Assembly (NCBI RefSeq): GCF_009914755.1
Contig: NC_060927.1
Strand: one strand, 5' to 3'
Length of the DNA: 64,000 bases
Origin: the human T2T-CHM13v2.0 reference genome, Homo sapiens
The notes beneath the pieces were generated by a model. It made no database searches and was not told the DNA's origin. It was given only the letters and a program-made list of their open reading frames with translations. The number at the start of each line of letters is the position of its first letter. Within the stretch, counting starts at the first letter, position 1. This document shows positions 1 through 13,021 of the stretch, in pieces. A program made the position numbers and the translations under genes.

Positions 1-499
1 ACAAGGGTGTGTGGGAGTGAGGGCCACAGTGGCAGGGTCTGTGAGAGGAGCAAGGGAGTGCACAAGGTGCCAGGGCGAATGTCTGAGGGTAGGATGCTGA
101 GGCCAGGAGGAGACAGGTAGGCAGAAGCCAGGAGCTTGGATCAGATTGCAGAGCTAGTAGGGTGGGCAGGACCACAACAGCAAATGCCTCGCAGCCCAAG
201 CTAACAAGTTGGGAATGGATGCCACAGTGGGCCAGGAGAGAGATGGCGGCAATACAGAGACAGGCACAAGAGACCCTCTGATTAGGTCCTACCCACCCTA
301 CCAGCTCCACCCTCTGATCAAAGCTGCTGGCCTCTCCCCACCTGTCTCCTCCCAACTTCAGCATCCTACCTTGAAACACCCTGCCCTGGTGGGGGCTGGA
401 GATGACAACTAGGGGCATCAATAATGATTCAAAATGTTCTAGCTTGGAAATGGAAGATAACCATGCCCATGGGCTACTGACTAGACCTTCCCTTCCATC

Positions 500-568
500 C
501 TTGCCCACTTACAGTCTATTCCCAACCCAGCAGCCAGAGAGACCCGTTAAAAATAAGTCACTTCAGGC
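500..568 (+). mobile_element. L2 LINE fragment, resuming at ~4150-4240 after the nested insertions
   Basis: cagcagccagagagacccgttaaaaataagtcac resembles L2; L2-like sequence continues at 4150 (cagcactcctctgtctaaatctc...ccatggtctccaaggc). Confidence 0.5.
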
Positions 569-569
569 A

Positions 570-1369
570 TCCCACGGAATAAGAGAAAATATATGCAAAT
601 CACATTTCTGATAAGGGGCTAATATGCAGATATAAAGAACCTCTACAACAACAACAAAAAACAACCAACCTGATTTTTAAAATGAGCCAAGAATTGAACA
701 TTGTTCCAAAGAAAACACACAAATGGCCAAGAAGCACATGAGAAGATGATCAACATCACCATTCATTAGGGAAATGTAAACCACAACCACAATGAGAAGT
801 CACCTCACACCCACTAGGATGGCCACTATTAAAACAAAACAAAACAAAAAAACAAACAGAAAATAACAAGTGTGGGTGAGGATGTGGAGAGAGTGAAACC
901 CTGTATGCCAGTGGTAGAAATGTAAAACGGTGGTGCACCTGCAGAAGAAGACATTATGGAGATTCCTCAAAAAATTAAACAGAGGCACACCATATGATCC
1001 CACAATTCCACTTCTGCATATCTAAATAACTGAAAGCAGACCTCAAAGAGACATGTGTGTCCTCACATTCATAGAAGCATCACTCACCACAGCCAAAGGT
1101 GGAACAGCCCAAATGTCCATCAATGTTGTATATACATGCAATGAGATATTACTCAGCCTTAAAAAGAAAAGAAATTCTAACACGTGCTACTGAATGGATG
1201 AGCATTGCGGACATGATGCCAAGTGAAAGATGCCTGTCACAAAAAGACAAATGCTGTATGGTCCACTTATGTGAGGTAGCTAGAGTAGTCAGATCCACTG
1301 AAACAGAAAGTAGAATGGTGGTGTCCAGGGACCGGGGAGACCGCAGAAGGAAGATCTGTTGTTTAACGG
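570..1369 (+). mobile_element. L1MB-type LINE-1, ORF2 end and 3'UTR (5' part)
   Basis: Typical L1M motifs: gcaaatcacatttctgataagggg, cattagggaaatgtaaaccacaaccacaatgaga, ccatatgatcccacaattccacttct, gaaagtagaatggtgg. Confidence 0.9.
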
Positions 1370-1737
1370 TGTATTAGTCCATTTTCACGCTGCTGATAAA
1401 GACATACCTGAGACTGGGCAATTTATGAAAGAAAGAGGTTTAATTGGACTCACAGTTCCACGTGGCTGGGGAGGCCTCACAATCATGGCAGAAGGCAAAG
1501 AAGAGCAAGTATGTCTTACATGGATGGCAGCAGGCAAAAAAAAGGGCTTGTGCAGGGAAACTCCTGTTTTTAAAACCATCAGGTCTTATGAGACTCATTC
1601 ACTATCATGAGAACAGCATAGGAAAAACCTGCCCCCATAACTCAATCACCTGCCACTGGGACCCTCCTATGACACATAGGAATTGTGGGAGTCAATTCAA
1701 GATGAGATTTGGGTGGGGACACAGCCAAACCATATCA
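1370..1737 (-). mobile_element. THE1 (probably THE1C) 3' LTR, ERVL-MaLR
   Basis: Reverse complement begins tgatatggtttggctgtgtccccacccaaatc and ends ggactaataca; polypurine tract adjacent at 1738-1757; THE1C-like gccatccatgtaaga. Confidence 0.92.
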
Positions 1738-3309
1738 TTCTGCCCCTGGCCCCTCCCAAATCTCACATCCTCACATTTCAAAACCAATCATGCCTTCCCA
1801 ACAGTCCCCCAAAGTGTTAACTCATTTCAGCATTAACTCAAAAGTCCACAGTCCAAAGTCTCTTCTGAGACAACGCAAGTCCCTCTGCCTATGAACCTGT
1901 AAAATCAAAAGCAAGCTAGTTACTTCACAGATACAATAGGGGTATCAGTATTGGGTAAATATAGCCATTCCAACTGGGAGAAATTGACCAAAACAAAGGG
2001 GCTACAGGCTCCATGCAAGTCCGAAATCCAGCGGGGCAGTCATGTCTCACATCCAGATCACGCTGATGCAAGACGTGGGTTCCCATGGTCTTGGGAAAGC
2101 TCCACCCCTATGGCTTTGCAGGGTATAGCCTCCCTCCCAGCTGCTTTCACAGGCTGGCGTTGAGTGTCTGCGGCTTTTCCAGGTGCCCGGTGCAAGCTGT
2201 CAGTGGATCTACCATTCTGGGGTCTAGAGGACAGTGGCCCTCTTCTCACAGCTTCCCTAGGCAGTGCCGCAGTAGGGACTCTGTGTGGGGGATCCCACAC
2301 TGCCCTAGCAGACATTCTTCATGAGGGCCACACCATATTTCCCTTCCACACTGCCCTAGCAGAGGTTCTTCATGAGGGCCCCGCCCCTGCAGCAAACTTC
2401 TACCTGGGCATCCAGGCATTTCCATACATGCTCTGAAATCTAGGCAGAGGTTCCCAAACCTCAACTGTTGACTTCTGCATACCTGCAGGCTCAGCACCAC
2501 ATGGAAGCTGCCAAGACTTGGGGCTTCCACCCTCTGAAGCCATGGTCCGTGCTCTATGTTGCCCCTTTCAGCTACAGCTGGAGCAGCTGGAACACAGGAC
2601 ACCATGTCTCTAGGCTGCACACAGCACAGGGACCCTGAGCCTGCCCCACGAAACCACTTTTTCCTCCTAGGCCTCCAGGCCTGTGATGGGAGGGGCTGCC
2701 GCAAACATCTCTGACATGCCCTGGAGACATATTCCCCATTGTCTTGGTGATTAACATTCAGCTCCTCATTACTTATGCAAATTCCTGCAGCCAGCTTGAA
2801 TTTCTCCTCAGAAAATGGGATTTTCTTTTCTATTGCATTGTCAGGCTGCAAATTTTCCAAACTTTTATGTTCTGTTTCCCTTTTGAAACTGAATGCCTTT
2901 AACAGCACCCAAGTCACATCTTTAATGCTTTACTGCTTAGAAATTTATTCCATCAGATACCCTAAATCATCTCTCTCAAGTTCAAAGTTCCACAAATCTC
3001 TAGGGCAGGGGCAAAATGCTGCCAGTCTCTTTGCTAAAGCATAACAAGAGTCACCTTTGCTCTAGTTCCCAACAATTCCTCATTTCCATCTGAGACCACC
3101 TCAGCCTGGACATTATTGTTCATGTCACTATCAGCATTCTTGTCAAAGCCATTCAACAAGTCTCTAGGAAGTTCCAAACTTTCCCACATCTTCCTGCCTT
3201 CTGAGCCCTCCATAGTGCTCCAACCTCTGCCTGTTATCCAGTTCCAAAGTCACTTCCACATTTTCAGGTATGTTTTCAGCAATGTCCCACTCTACTGGTA
3301 CCAATTTAC
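1738..3309 (-). mobile_element. THE1 internal region (THE1-int, ~1.57 kb)
   Basis: Lies between two LTRs; starts gtaaattggtaccagtagagtggg on minus; characteristic THE1-int sequence and length. Confidence 0.92.
2246..2917 (-). pseudogene. Degenerate remnant of the THE1/MaLR internal ORF
   Basis: Translation (AFSFKRETEHKSLENLQPDNAIEKKIPFSEEKFKLAA...) is in the element's sense orientation and resembles the MaLR internal ORF; not a host gene. Confidence 0.65.
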
Positions 3310-3680
3310 TGTCTTAGTTATTTTTCACGCTGCTGATAAAGACACAAAGACTGGGCAATTTACAAAAGAAAGAGATTTAATTGGACACACAGTTCCACCT
3401 GGCTGGAGAGGCCTCACAATCATGGTAGAAGGCGAGGAGGAACAAATCACATCTTACATGGATGGCAGCAGGCAAAAAGAGAGTTTGTGCAGGGAAACTC
3501 CAGTTTTTAAAACCATCAGATCTTGTGAGACTCATTCACTATTATGAGAACAGCACAGGAAGGACCCACCCTCATAATTCAATCACCTGCCACTGGGTCC
3601 CTCCCATGACACATAGGAATTGTAGGAGTTACAATTCAAGGTGAGATCTGGGTAGACATCATCCCAGCCAAACCATATCA
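3310..3680 (-). mobile_element. THE1 (probably THE1C) 5' LTR
   Basis: Second LTR copy (tgtcttagtt...aaaccatatca); degenerate 5-bp TSD aacgg (1365-1369) / aatag (3681-3685). Confidence 0.92.
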
Positions 3681-3830
3681 AATAGGTATGAAGTTTTAGT
3701 TTTGCAAGATGGAAAAAAGTTCTGGAGACTGGTTGCACAACATAAATGCATTTAACACCATTGAACTCCACATTTTAAAAAATACTTCAGATGGTAAATT
3801 TTATGTTATGTGTACTTTACCACAATTTAA
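3681..3830 (+). mobile_element. L1MB-type 3' end (continuation of 570-1369)
   Basis: gtatgaagttttagttttgcaagatggaaaaaagttctggag...aaattttatgttatgtgtactttaccacaatttaaaa. Confidence 0.88.
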
Positions 3831-3841
3831 AATTAAAACAA

Positions 3842-4153
<312 letters not shown>

Positions 4154-4264
4154 TCAGTTCACAGCACTCCTCTGTCTAAATCTCAAATGATGATTCTTGT
4201 GTCTCCCAAGTAAGTCCTGTCCATGGTCTCCAAGGCACATGTGGAGTTCTTCCTGCTGTGGAAC

Positions 4265-4455
4265 ATGGCACAGCACTGTGGAACAATATGCCTTGAGTGT
4301 CTCCCTGCCCAGGTTCAAATCCCAGCTATCCCACTCACAGGTGTGAACCTCAGAAGAGCCCCTCTGTAAAGTGATGTGTGAAGTTCATATGCCCCATGGG
4401 CTGATATGACCTGACACATAACAACTGCTCAATAAAATGAGTTCTTGTTTTTAGT
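4265..4455 (+). mobile_element. MIR
   Basis: ggttcaaatcccagct...ctctgtaaagtg...acctgacacataacaactgctcaataaa. Confidence 0.65.
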
Positions 4456-5260
4456 AGTCATGCTTGTGTCATCAGAGCCAGGCTAAGGATCTAGTCTGTA
4501 GGAGGTGCTCTGGAAAAAAGAATAAAATTAATGACTGGTTCTTGTCTACTCTTCTGACATATTTCAGTGCAAACAAGCAGCTCTGGCTCCCCTCTCAGGA
4601 ACGAAGGGCTGACTCAGAGCTCTCACTCTTAACTTCAAGCATAAAAGAAGCCTGCTCCAGCTGGAGAGTGTCAAACCCAGCCACTGGGAAGACCCCACGT
4701 TTCAAAGCAAATCCCAGACTGCAACTTCTGCAGGATTCAGGGTGGCTAGACATCTGACAGATTCCCCAGCATCTGGATGACACCCCCCACCCCCACTCCC
4801 ACAGCAAGTGGAACTGAGGCCACGTCCCTGACCCAAGCCCACCAAACCCCACCAACCCCACCATTCCAGAGGTAGCCTGCTGGTCTAAGATACCCTCTCT
4901 AGGTCTCCCCCCCATGAAGGTTAGAGTAAACAGCTGGCATTCAAACCCCTGCAGGGAAGCCTTCCCACCTCCTGCCTGAGAGTTGATGCCATGGAAACGT
5001 GTCTGCTGCCCTCGCTCAACCCGGCATTCCACCTTCAGGAAACTATCCATGTTTTCAATTCCACATGCAAACCCAAGTGGTCATCATTTTCACTCCTTTA
5101 ACATAACTAACTGCACAGTTCCCAAGAAGATCCATACCTCTTTTTATTGCCTCTCAACAGCTGACCAATTAATGAACACCTATTATATACACAGTAGATC
5201 CTGGGCAAAGCATCAATGCCATCACACAGCAATCTAACAAGGTAGGTACTATTATCTTTA

Positions 5261-5621
5261 TAGGCAGCCCCTGACTTACGATGGTTCAGCTTAACGATTT
5301 CTGGACTTCACAATGGTGCAAAAGCTATACACATTCAATAGAAATTGTACTTCAAGTACCCATAAAACCATTCTGTTTTCCACTCAGTGTTCAATAAATT
5401 ATAGGAGATATTCAAAACTTTATTATAAAATGGGCTTTGTGTTAGATGATTCTGCCCAACTGTGGACTAATATGAGTGTTCTGAGCACATTTAAGGTAGA
5501 CTAGGCTAGGTTGTGGTATTCAGGAGGTTAGAGGTATTAAATGCATTTTTTGCTTAATGATATTTTCAACTTAGGATGGGTTTATCTGGACATAACTCCA
5601 TTGTCAGTTGAGAAGCATCTA
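5261..5621 (-). mobile_element. MER47A-like Tigger (TcMar) non-autonomous DNA transposon
   Basis: Terminal inverted repeats (cccctgacttacgatgg ... ccattgtcagttgagaagcatct), TA on both sides, ~360 bp; inserted into a MIR. Confidence 0.8.
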
Positions 5622-5722
5622 TACTTAGGCAATTGAAGAAATTGAGGCTCAGAAGTCTGCTGGAGCTTGCCCAAGGTCACACAGCTGGGAAGCAAGAGGA
5701 GCCGGGATGCAAGCCCAGGGAA
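5622..5722 (-). mobile_element. MIR (split by the MER47-like element; other part ~5165-5260)
   Basis: gaagaaattgaggctcaga...cttgcccaaggtcacacagct MIR core. Confidence 0.75.
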
Positions 5723-6716
5723 GCATGACCCTATCTAGCCCGTCCGAGAGGCTCTCCTGGCAGAACTTTAAGGGCACTGGCCCAGATTCCACCCATAAAC
5801 TTCCAAAGCTTGGCTAAATCTGAACATTAGCTGGCCATTTCTCAGTCAACTCAGCCTGTTCTACGTAGCTTGGCCTCGGCCAGGTGGCCCAGCTCTCATA
5901 CAAGCTTCCCAGAGTCCTGTGTGAGAAGCAAATGTGCACAGGACTTCATGTGACAGAATCTCAGCAAATAAGGCAGATAAAGCTCAAGTTTTTACTCTGA
6001 ATGTTCTGGATGGAAAGAAAAGGGCAGTTTCTTTGAGATCTTGAAAGATCTGCCATCGAGGGAGGAAGGAGTATCTTTATTGTTAGGGAAGGTAAGCTGC
6101 AAAGGATCCACTTAAGTTTACAAAAAAGGGTGAGGATGGTGCAAGGCAAGAGGACAGTGTTGTGCTAGGAACAGTTCTTATTGGCCTCATCAAAGGAACA
6201 GCGCAGCCTTTCTCTGCAACCAGACAAAACCAGTGATTCTGCACTTATGGGGACCGGGGGAAGTGTGTGGTGGCCAGGTCACGTGGCATTCGCCTCCATC
6301 CACAGTGTCAGTTTACCCCTTGGGCTGCCCTCTGGAGCGAGGAGAACTTAATACAGCAGAAGTCTATTAAACCAACACCTGTTAAAGGCTTCAAAAATAA
6401 AATCAGTCTTCAAAGGCGGAAAGCAGGCAAGATAAGCTCTCCCCAGTTGGCTACATTTTCAGAGCTGATGTTAAATTAGACAGTGAAACAGATGGAGGCA
6501 TTTGAAACCAACATTTAAAACTTTTTCTCATAAGTGATTGTTCCACTACAGTTCTGTGAAAGCCTGGTTTACAAGGTATTCCCGTTAGTGGTGGAAAAGA
6601 TCTCATGTCACAGATAACAGCCAGGAAGAAAGGGCAAGGAGATCAAAGGCAGTTGGGACAAGGTGGGTCAAGTGGGTAATTTCTGACCCCTGAAATTATG
6701 CACCTATTTTCTACAC

Positions 6717-6937
6717 CAGGGGCCAGCAAACTTATTCTACATTGGGCCAGATGGTAAATTTTTAGGCTTTGTGGGTCATACTGTCTCTGTCATGACCACT
6801 CAGTTCTGCTGTTATAATGTAAAAGCAGCCAGACAATATGTAAATGAATGAGTGTGGCTATGTTCCAATAAAACTTTATTTACAAAAACAAGCAGTGGGC
6901 CAGGATTGGGACCACTGTCTGTGGTGTGCTGACCCTG
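6717..6937 (+). mobile_element. MER58A (hAT-Charlie)
   Basis: caggggccagcaaact...ggccagatggtaaattttaggctttgtggg...gttccaataaaactttatttacaaaaaca...gctgaccctg. Confidence 0.88.
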
Positions 6938-8069
6938 TCAACCCTATGGCAACCAGTTTGTGTTTCTTGGGGTGCAGAGACCCAGACTCTAATTCTTGCT
7001 GTCATGCAATTTTGGAACCATGTATAAATCACTCTTTCTCTACCTCGTTTAACCACCTGCAAAATAAGGAAATACCTCTTAACTGCAGAGAGAAAACTTT
7101 CCCATTGTCCCTCCAGTGCCCATGTCAGACATCACTAATCACAGTCTTTTCTGCCAATGTCTTTTCTACCTCTTCAGAAAGTGAAATGGAACATAAGTCT
7201 CTCTACCACTGTTATGTTCCTCAAGAGATCAACCAGGTTCCTTACTGGAGCCAGTGAAGATAGATGGGCAAACAGGGTTACTTTACAGAAGACAGAAATC
7301 CACACTGTATATCCTATATCCTTCCTCGTTTCAGTTCCGCCAATTAGTCTGAAACATACTGAAGCTGGCCAGCTCTCCATCCCTAAGATCTAAGAAGCTG
7401 TGCCCTTCCGCCCTTCCAGACAATTACAGTGATTCACAAAGTCCACAGTCAACTATCTGAGTGTGGACTCTCACCGAAATGGCAAATCTACCACAGTTTT
7501 ACTTCAAGATCAAATCTTAACACGTCTTACTTAATGAATAAGCGAAATCCACATAATAGCTCTTTGCTTCGCCTGAACCTCCGGTTAGAAAATAAGTTTC
7601 ACATAATCTAGCCCTAGACTGGGGGGAAAAAAAATCTAACACCCCCGGCCCCCATTACCCCAACAAAGTGATCCTGGCAGACAGGTTTCATCAAACTCCA
7701 CACCCTGCAGCACTCTGCCCATCATGGTGCTGCACTGGAATTCTTACCAAGGCTCTGCATCACACACTCAGTGTCACCACCCACATACAGCACGCACTCA
7801 AAATAATCAAAATGAATGAAGGCGTGCACACATTCACATATGCCTTCTGAGGCTACAGTGTATCTTAACAACATATCACACCTGGAATCCACACAATGTG
7901 AGACTATCTGAGACCCTCATATTACTGACGGAAGATGAAACTTAGTACAGGGCACACCAGCCCTGATGCCTACCTAAGGAGGTGTACTTTATGACTGCAA
8001 ATGCCAAAAAACATTAACCATTTCAAAAACACACATGAAGGTGATGATTTCTCCTTGTCAGAAGATACA

Positions 8070-8195
8070 GGCTGGGCACAGTGACTCTGGCCTGTAATCC
8101 CAACACTTTGGGAGCCAACAGTAGAAGGACTGCTTGCGGCCAGGAGTTCGAGACCAGCCTGGGCAACACAGTGAGACCCTCATCTCTTAAAAAAA
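8070..8195 (+). mobile_element. FLAM (free left Alu monomer)
   Basis: Single Alu monomer ending gcaacacagtgagaccctcatctc plus an A tail. Confidence 0.85.
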
Positions 8196-8261
8196 TTTTT
8201 TTTAAAATTGCAGCACTATCAGACAGGCCATATGGCCAAATGCTGGCAGTTGTTTTGTTTG

Positions 8262-8775
8262 TAAACATTTTTATTGAAATATAAAGGATTTTTACAAAAT
8301 GTAGAGAAAAATTTCCGCACCCAGAAGCCTCCCTCCTCCTGTCTCCTGGTTGTTATTCCTCCCAAAGGAAACCTCTAATTTCTACCACCCACAATTAATT
8401 CTGCCTATTTCTGTGCTGTACAGACACAAAACTGTTCTGTACATACCCTTTTTTATTTGGCTACTTCCACTCAACATTGTTTATGAGATCCATCTGGGTT
8501 GCTGCATTAGCAGTAGTTAATTCTTTTCTATCACTGTACGATATTTCTATTGACAGAACATACAGCAATTTATTTTTTCTTTCTATTGTTGACGGACATT
8601 GAGTTATTTCCAATTCAGGCTATTGCAAAAATCACAGCTATGAACACGGACTTGTCTTCTGCACTTGCTTTCTGGTGCATGTCTGCATGCATTTTTGGCA
8701 GGCGTGCAATGTCCAGGCATGGAATTGCTACTCAGGTCATTGAGCTTGCATATGTCTGGCCTTAGCAGACACTGG
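8262..8775 (-). mobile_element. Old L1M (L1ME-like) fragment
   Basis: tttttattgaaatata...cttccactcaacattgtttatgagatccatc...attgttgacggacattgagttatttccaatt antisense L1 3' region. Confidence 0.75.
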
Positions 8776-9979
8776 TAGTTTTCTTTTAAATCAAGTCCCC
8801 CAGGGTTGAAATGAATCTGAAAACCATTAGCTCCAAGTGCCCTGTTTCATGCTGCTTCATTTGACCACATTCTCAGATGCCACTGCCCTCATATGTCCCC
8901 TTTCTGACCCCTCCCCAAAAAACACATTAGGAATATAGCCTGGGGCCACCGAACATGGCCAAGCTCAATCTAATCTTCTTCAGGTGTCCAGTAGAATTTT
9001 TTAAAATAAGTGAGGGCCTAATGATCACAAAAAACAAGGAATAATTCTAAGTCTCAAAATTGGCAAGAAATAATGTTGATGCTAAAGTCCACAGCTTACG
9101 ATAATGCACTTGTGCCAGGACCAATGCCCATACAGAACTTGAAAATTAAGATGAGACATTTTTCAAGAACAAGTGAATGCGGAAGAGCTTTCCTAATCCA
9201 ACTTGAATAAAAGTCTCCCTTCTCAGAATGACAGTTGAAACCATTTCCCTCTAGCCTGCTTTACATCCATCTTCTTAAAAATTAAAATCAAAATCATTTG
9301 TTCTATTGCAGAAATTGATCATTTACTCAAAGAACTGCTGTCTCGTAAGAAACAGCCCAGCCTGGGTTATTTGCTGGACAGGAAATGAGAATCAGAATAA
9401 GCAGGTCTCTCTCTCTTGCTTGTTCCCTCTCTCTTCCCCTGCTGCTGGTGAATCACCAGTTCCCTGGGGAATTTTGGCAGATTCTCAGCCTGGCTGCAGA
9501 TGACGTTCCAGATCTGTTTATTCAGGTGGAGACTGGATAAAAAACAAGAGCAGCCCAGTGGCGGGATAAACAGCCTCCGCCAGGCAGGGTCAACCTCTCC
9601 AAAGGCAGGACTGGGCTGTGTCAACCAACCTCCCAACCCGTTCACTTCCTTTAGGGTCACCCTCCCCTTTGGGTCTTCAACAAACAGCTTCCATTAACTC
9701 CTTGCAAAGACGACCCAATGTCCCATCCCCATGAGACTACCTAACCCCAGGGACCTTGCTACAGCAGATCCCATTTGGTTCTCCCACCCATCAACTTACA
9801 CCCATTGAACTGAAAGCCCCGGATCCCTGAAACGAAAAAATCTAGGTACGATCAACAGCTGGCCACCACTGTTCTGTGAAGTCTAGAGTGACCCAACTCA
9901 TGAATGACCCAGGACCCAATCCAAACTATCAGAATGTTCTGCATTTAAGATGCACAAATAAACAAGAGCAGCAGCAAAA

Positions 9980-10482
9980 CTCCTAAGGAAATACACATTG
10001 TTGAGTAAAAGATGCCCATCTGAAAAGACTACCAATTGTATGATTCCAAATGTATGACATTCTGAGAAAGGCAAAACTATGGAGACAGTAACAATATTTA
10101 ACTGCCAGAGGCTGGGTAGAGAGAGATGAGCAGGTTCAGCACAGGAGATTTTTAGGTCAGTGAAGCTATTCTGTATGACACTGTAATTGGTGGGCACATG
10201 TGATTATACATTTGTCAGAACCAAGACTGAACTCTAATGTAAACTATAAACTTTAGTAATAATGGATCGATATTGACTCATCAGTTGTAACAAATGTACC
10301 ACACTAATGCAAGATGTTAACAATAGGGGAAACAGGGTGGGTGTGTGTGTGTGTGTGTGTGTGAGGGGGAGAGAGAAGAGATGGCGGGGGCATATGGGAA
10401 CTCTCCGTACTTTCCACTCCATTTTTCTGTAAACTTACAACTGCTATAAAAGTCCATTAATTAAAAACAAAACAAAACAAAA
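9980..10482 (+). mobile_element. L1MC-type 3' end with internal (GT)n at ~10340-10362
   Basis: tgtatgattccaaatgtatgacattctgagaaaggcaaaactatggagacagtaa...taacaaatgtaccacactaatgcaagatgtta; A-rich tail. Confidence 0.85.
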
Positions 10483-10554
10483 CCTCCTAAAGTATTAAGT
10501 AGTCCTGCAGTCTCGACTGGGTAGAATATAAACCGCACACCGGCTAGGAATTTT

Positions 10555-10650
10555 TAGTCTATCGTATTGACTGCTATAGCCTTAGCCCCCAGAATAACGC
10601 TTAGAACTTAAAAGGTACTCAATCAATATTTGTTGAATAAACAAACAAAT
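10555..10650 (+). mobile_element. L2 3' end
   Basis: aggtactcaatcaatatttgttgaataaacaaa. Confidence 0.6.
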
Positions 10651-10714
10651 TACAACTTTAGTTCAATGTCTTACATTCACCACAACAAACCTGAACCAAG
10701 GAACATTACTCAGG

Positions 10715-10755
10715 AAAAACAAAACAAAACAACAACAACAACAACAACAAAAAAA
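10715..10755 (+). repeat. (AAAAC)n/(AAC)n microsatellite within a MIR remnant
   Basis: aaaaacaaaacaaaacaacaacaacaacaacaacaaaaaaa followed by cactgaggc. Confidence 0.9.
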
Positions 10756-13021
10756 CACTGAGGCAGGACCAACCATCCAATTAAAAACTTTTAAAAAGAA
10801 AAAAATTTAAGACACAACGTGGAGTTAACTTTTTTAAAAAAGGTAGGGAAGCTGACAGACCTATTTAAAAGCAAATGTCGAATACGATGGATTTTCGATT
10901 TTCAAATAGCACGGGGTGGGGGTTACTTACGCATTTCCCACATTCAATTGAACCCCAAACACTGGCCCTCACTGGCTTGCAATGTTGAGACAATTATGCT
11001 TATCCAAGGCTGGCCAACAATCTCTCCCTCACTCACTTCTAGCCACAGCTCGGCCCTGCCTGAGGTCCCCATCCACACGCCTCCCCTGGGAGTTCCACGT
11101 GGACACTGCTGACCCGAGGAAGCTGTACAAGCCACATATGGATCACATTCCCAGGGAGAAAGGCTATGCCATCCTAACATGGGCAGTGACTTCTAAGGGG
11201 CTTGAGGAGTTAGTTCCACGTCCACACGGAGGTCAGCTGTCTTGGCATCTGGGCATGGCAAAGCAGTACCAGGTTGGGCTAAGAGATGAAAAACCAGGCT
11301 CAAGTTGGGCCAGAGATGGACAATGAGCCACTTCCACCAGAATTCCCAGCCACATATGCCCACCTCTGGGTCAGAAGAGCCAAACGTATTTATCGCTTTT
11401 GCTCAGGGCCAACATAGACACTTGATTCTCTCTCAGGGCTGTGTTTTCCCCCAAATGTATCAATACATCCCTATTTTCTTCCCCCTTTGTTTTCCTTTCC
11501 CTGGTGACCTGCTACCCCACACCCCAGCACACTGATGGTGTTCCCTCCACCACACCGAGACCCCGCCACAAGCTCTCAGCCCTCGTAGAGCACAGGCCCC
11601 ACCCTGAAAGTTGGCAGAGCACCGGGCTATCAAGCTGTGTCATGTGGAGCCAGCAAGCCCGGCACAACCGTGGATCCCGGGTACGGCACAGCTGAACTGA
11701 ACCCCTCTGATTTCCCTTTGAGAAGAAGGCTAAACATACTTCATTACAATTGTCAGGGCACATGTGTCCCTGCCTGTTCAGCTCTGCCCCTTGAGGGAAG
11801 GAGGTAAGAAAACCAGGACACAGAATGAGAGACATGGATTCAACCAGACTCCAGGGGCTGAGCAACTGTTTCTGGACAAGAAAAGCAGAAAAGGTGAGAT
11901 GGCAACGATCAAGAATGAGGTGATGAGAGTGTCCCTTAAGGCCAGGGACTAACCCCAGAAATTTTAACCAAGAAGCGTCCGCACTACCCACGTTGGAGGG
12001 TATCAGGAGGCTGCCATGCATGGTTTTCTTCCAAAGAAGGCTCCGCCAACTAGGGTGAGGTGGGAAGTCCCGAGCCCAGGGGTGTGAAATGATGGAGATA
12101 CTGCACTTCACACAGCAAGGACCTCCTCTGCCCAAGTTCCACAGGGACTGGTCAGCAACTGGGGGAGGGGGTCACCCAGGAGTCCAAGACCAATGAGCTC
12201 TGACATGAGCTATTGTGGTTTCTGTTCCTCTGACCTCACCAACTAGGACCTGAAAAAATGGAACCACTGTTGAGAAACATGCTGACCTCACGCCAAATTC
12301 CCAAAGGGAGCAGAATGAACCTCCTTCTCACAGCCACCCTTCCATCTCAGCCTTGGGCAAAGCGGTCTGCAGCACTCACACACCTGGAGACTGTCCATGC
12401 CACCATGCTAAACCAAAAGCAGGGCACACAGCCCACCAATTCACATGACTGTCCCTCTCTAGAAGATACACGTAGAAAAAAAGATAGGGAATACAGGATG
12501 TTGTTCTCACAGTACGATGATAATGGAATCCCCACCCCATTTTGCATACTGCCTGTCAATTATGTGACATTAAATTTATATTTACAAAGCAGTTAATGAA
12601 AACGTAGACAATGAACTTTGGGACCTAATCCTTAAGTGCAGAGCAGACTAAGAAGTGTGGTGGAGAGCTGTGTAGGGTTGGTACAGCCCAGGGTGGCCTG
12701 AGCATTCCACCACCAGTCCACCAGGCACAAAGGAGGGTTTTCCACACAGAACCTCCTCCTGAACCCCCTGCCCCCGACACTCTCATGGCACAAAAGCCTG
12801 CTCCAGGTGGTGCAAACTTCAAAGGGCCTTTGTAGCCGGAGTCTGGAATGGAGCCCTGGTGCTTCTGCGGCCTCCAGGAAGTGGTTCCAATGCTGCACAG
12901 GGCCATGGATGTCCAGGGAGCTTGCCCTTGATGCTTAGCTATGGAGGAGTCACACTGCATTTTCTTTCCAGTAGAAGGGGTGGCAGGAGTAGCCATAATG
13001 GCAGGAACAGTGGGAACAAAT

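Noticed and set aside
11512-12135. 207-aa minus-strand ORF
   Set aside because: No domain, no ATG at the listed start and no convincing splice context.
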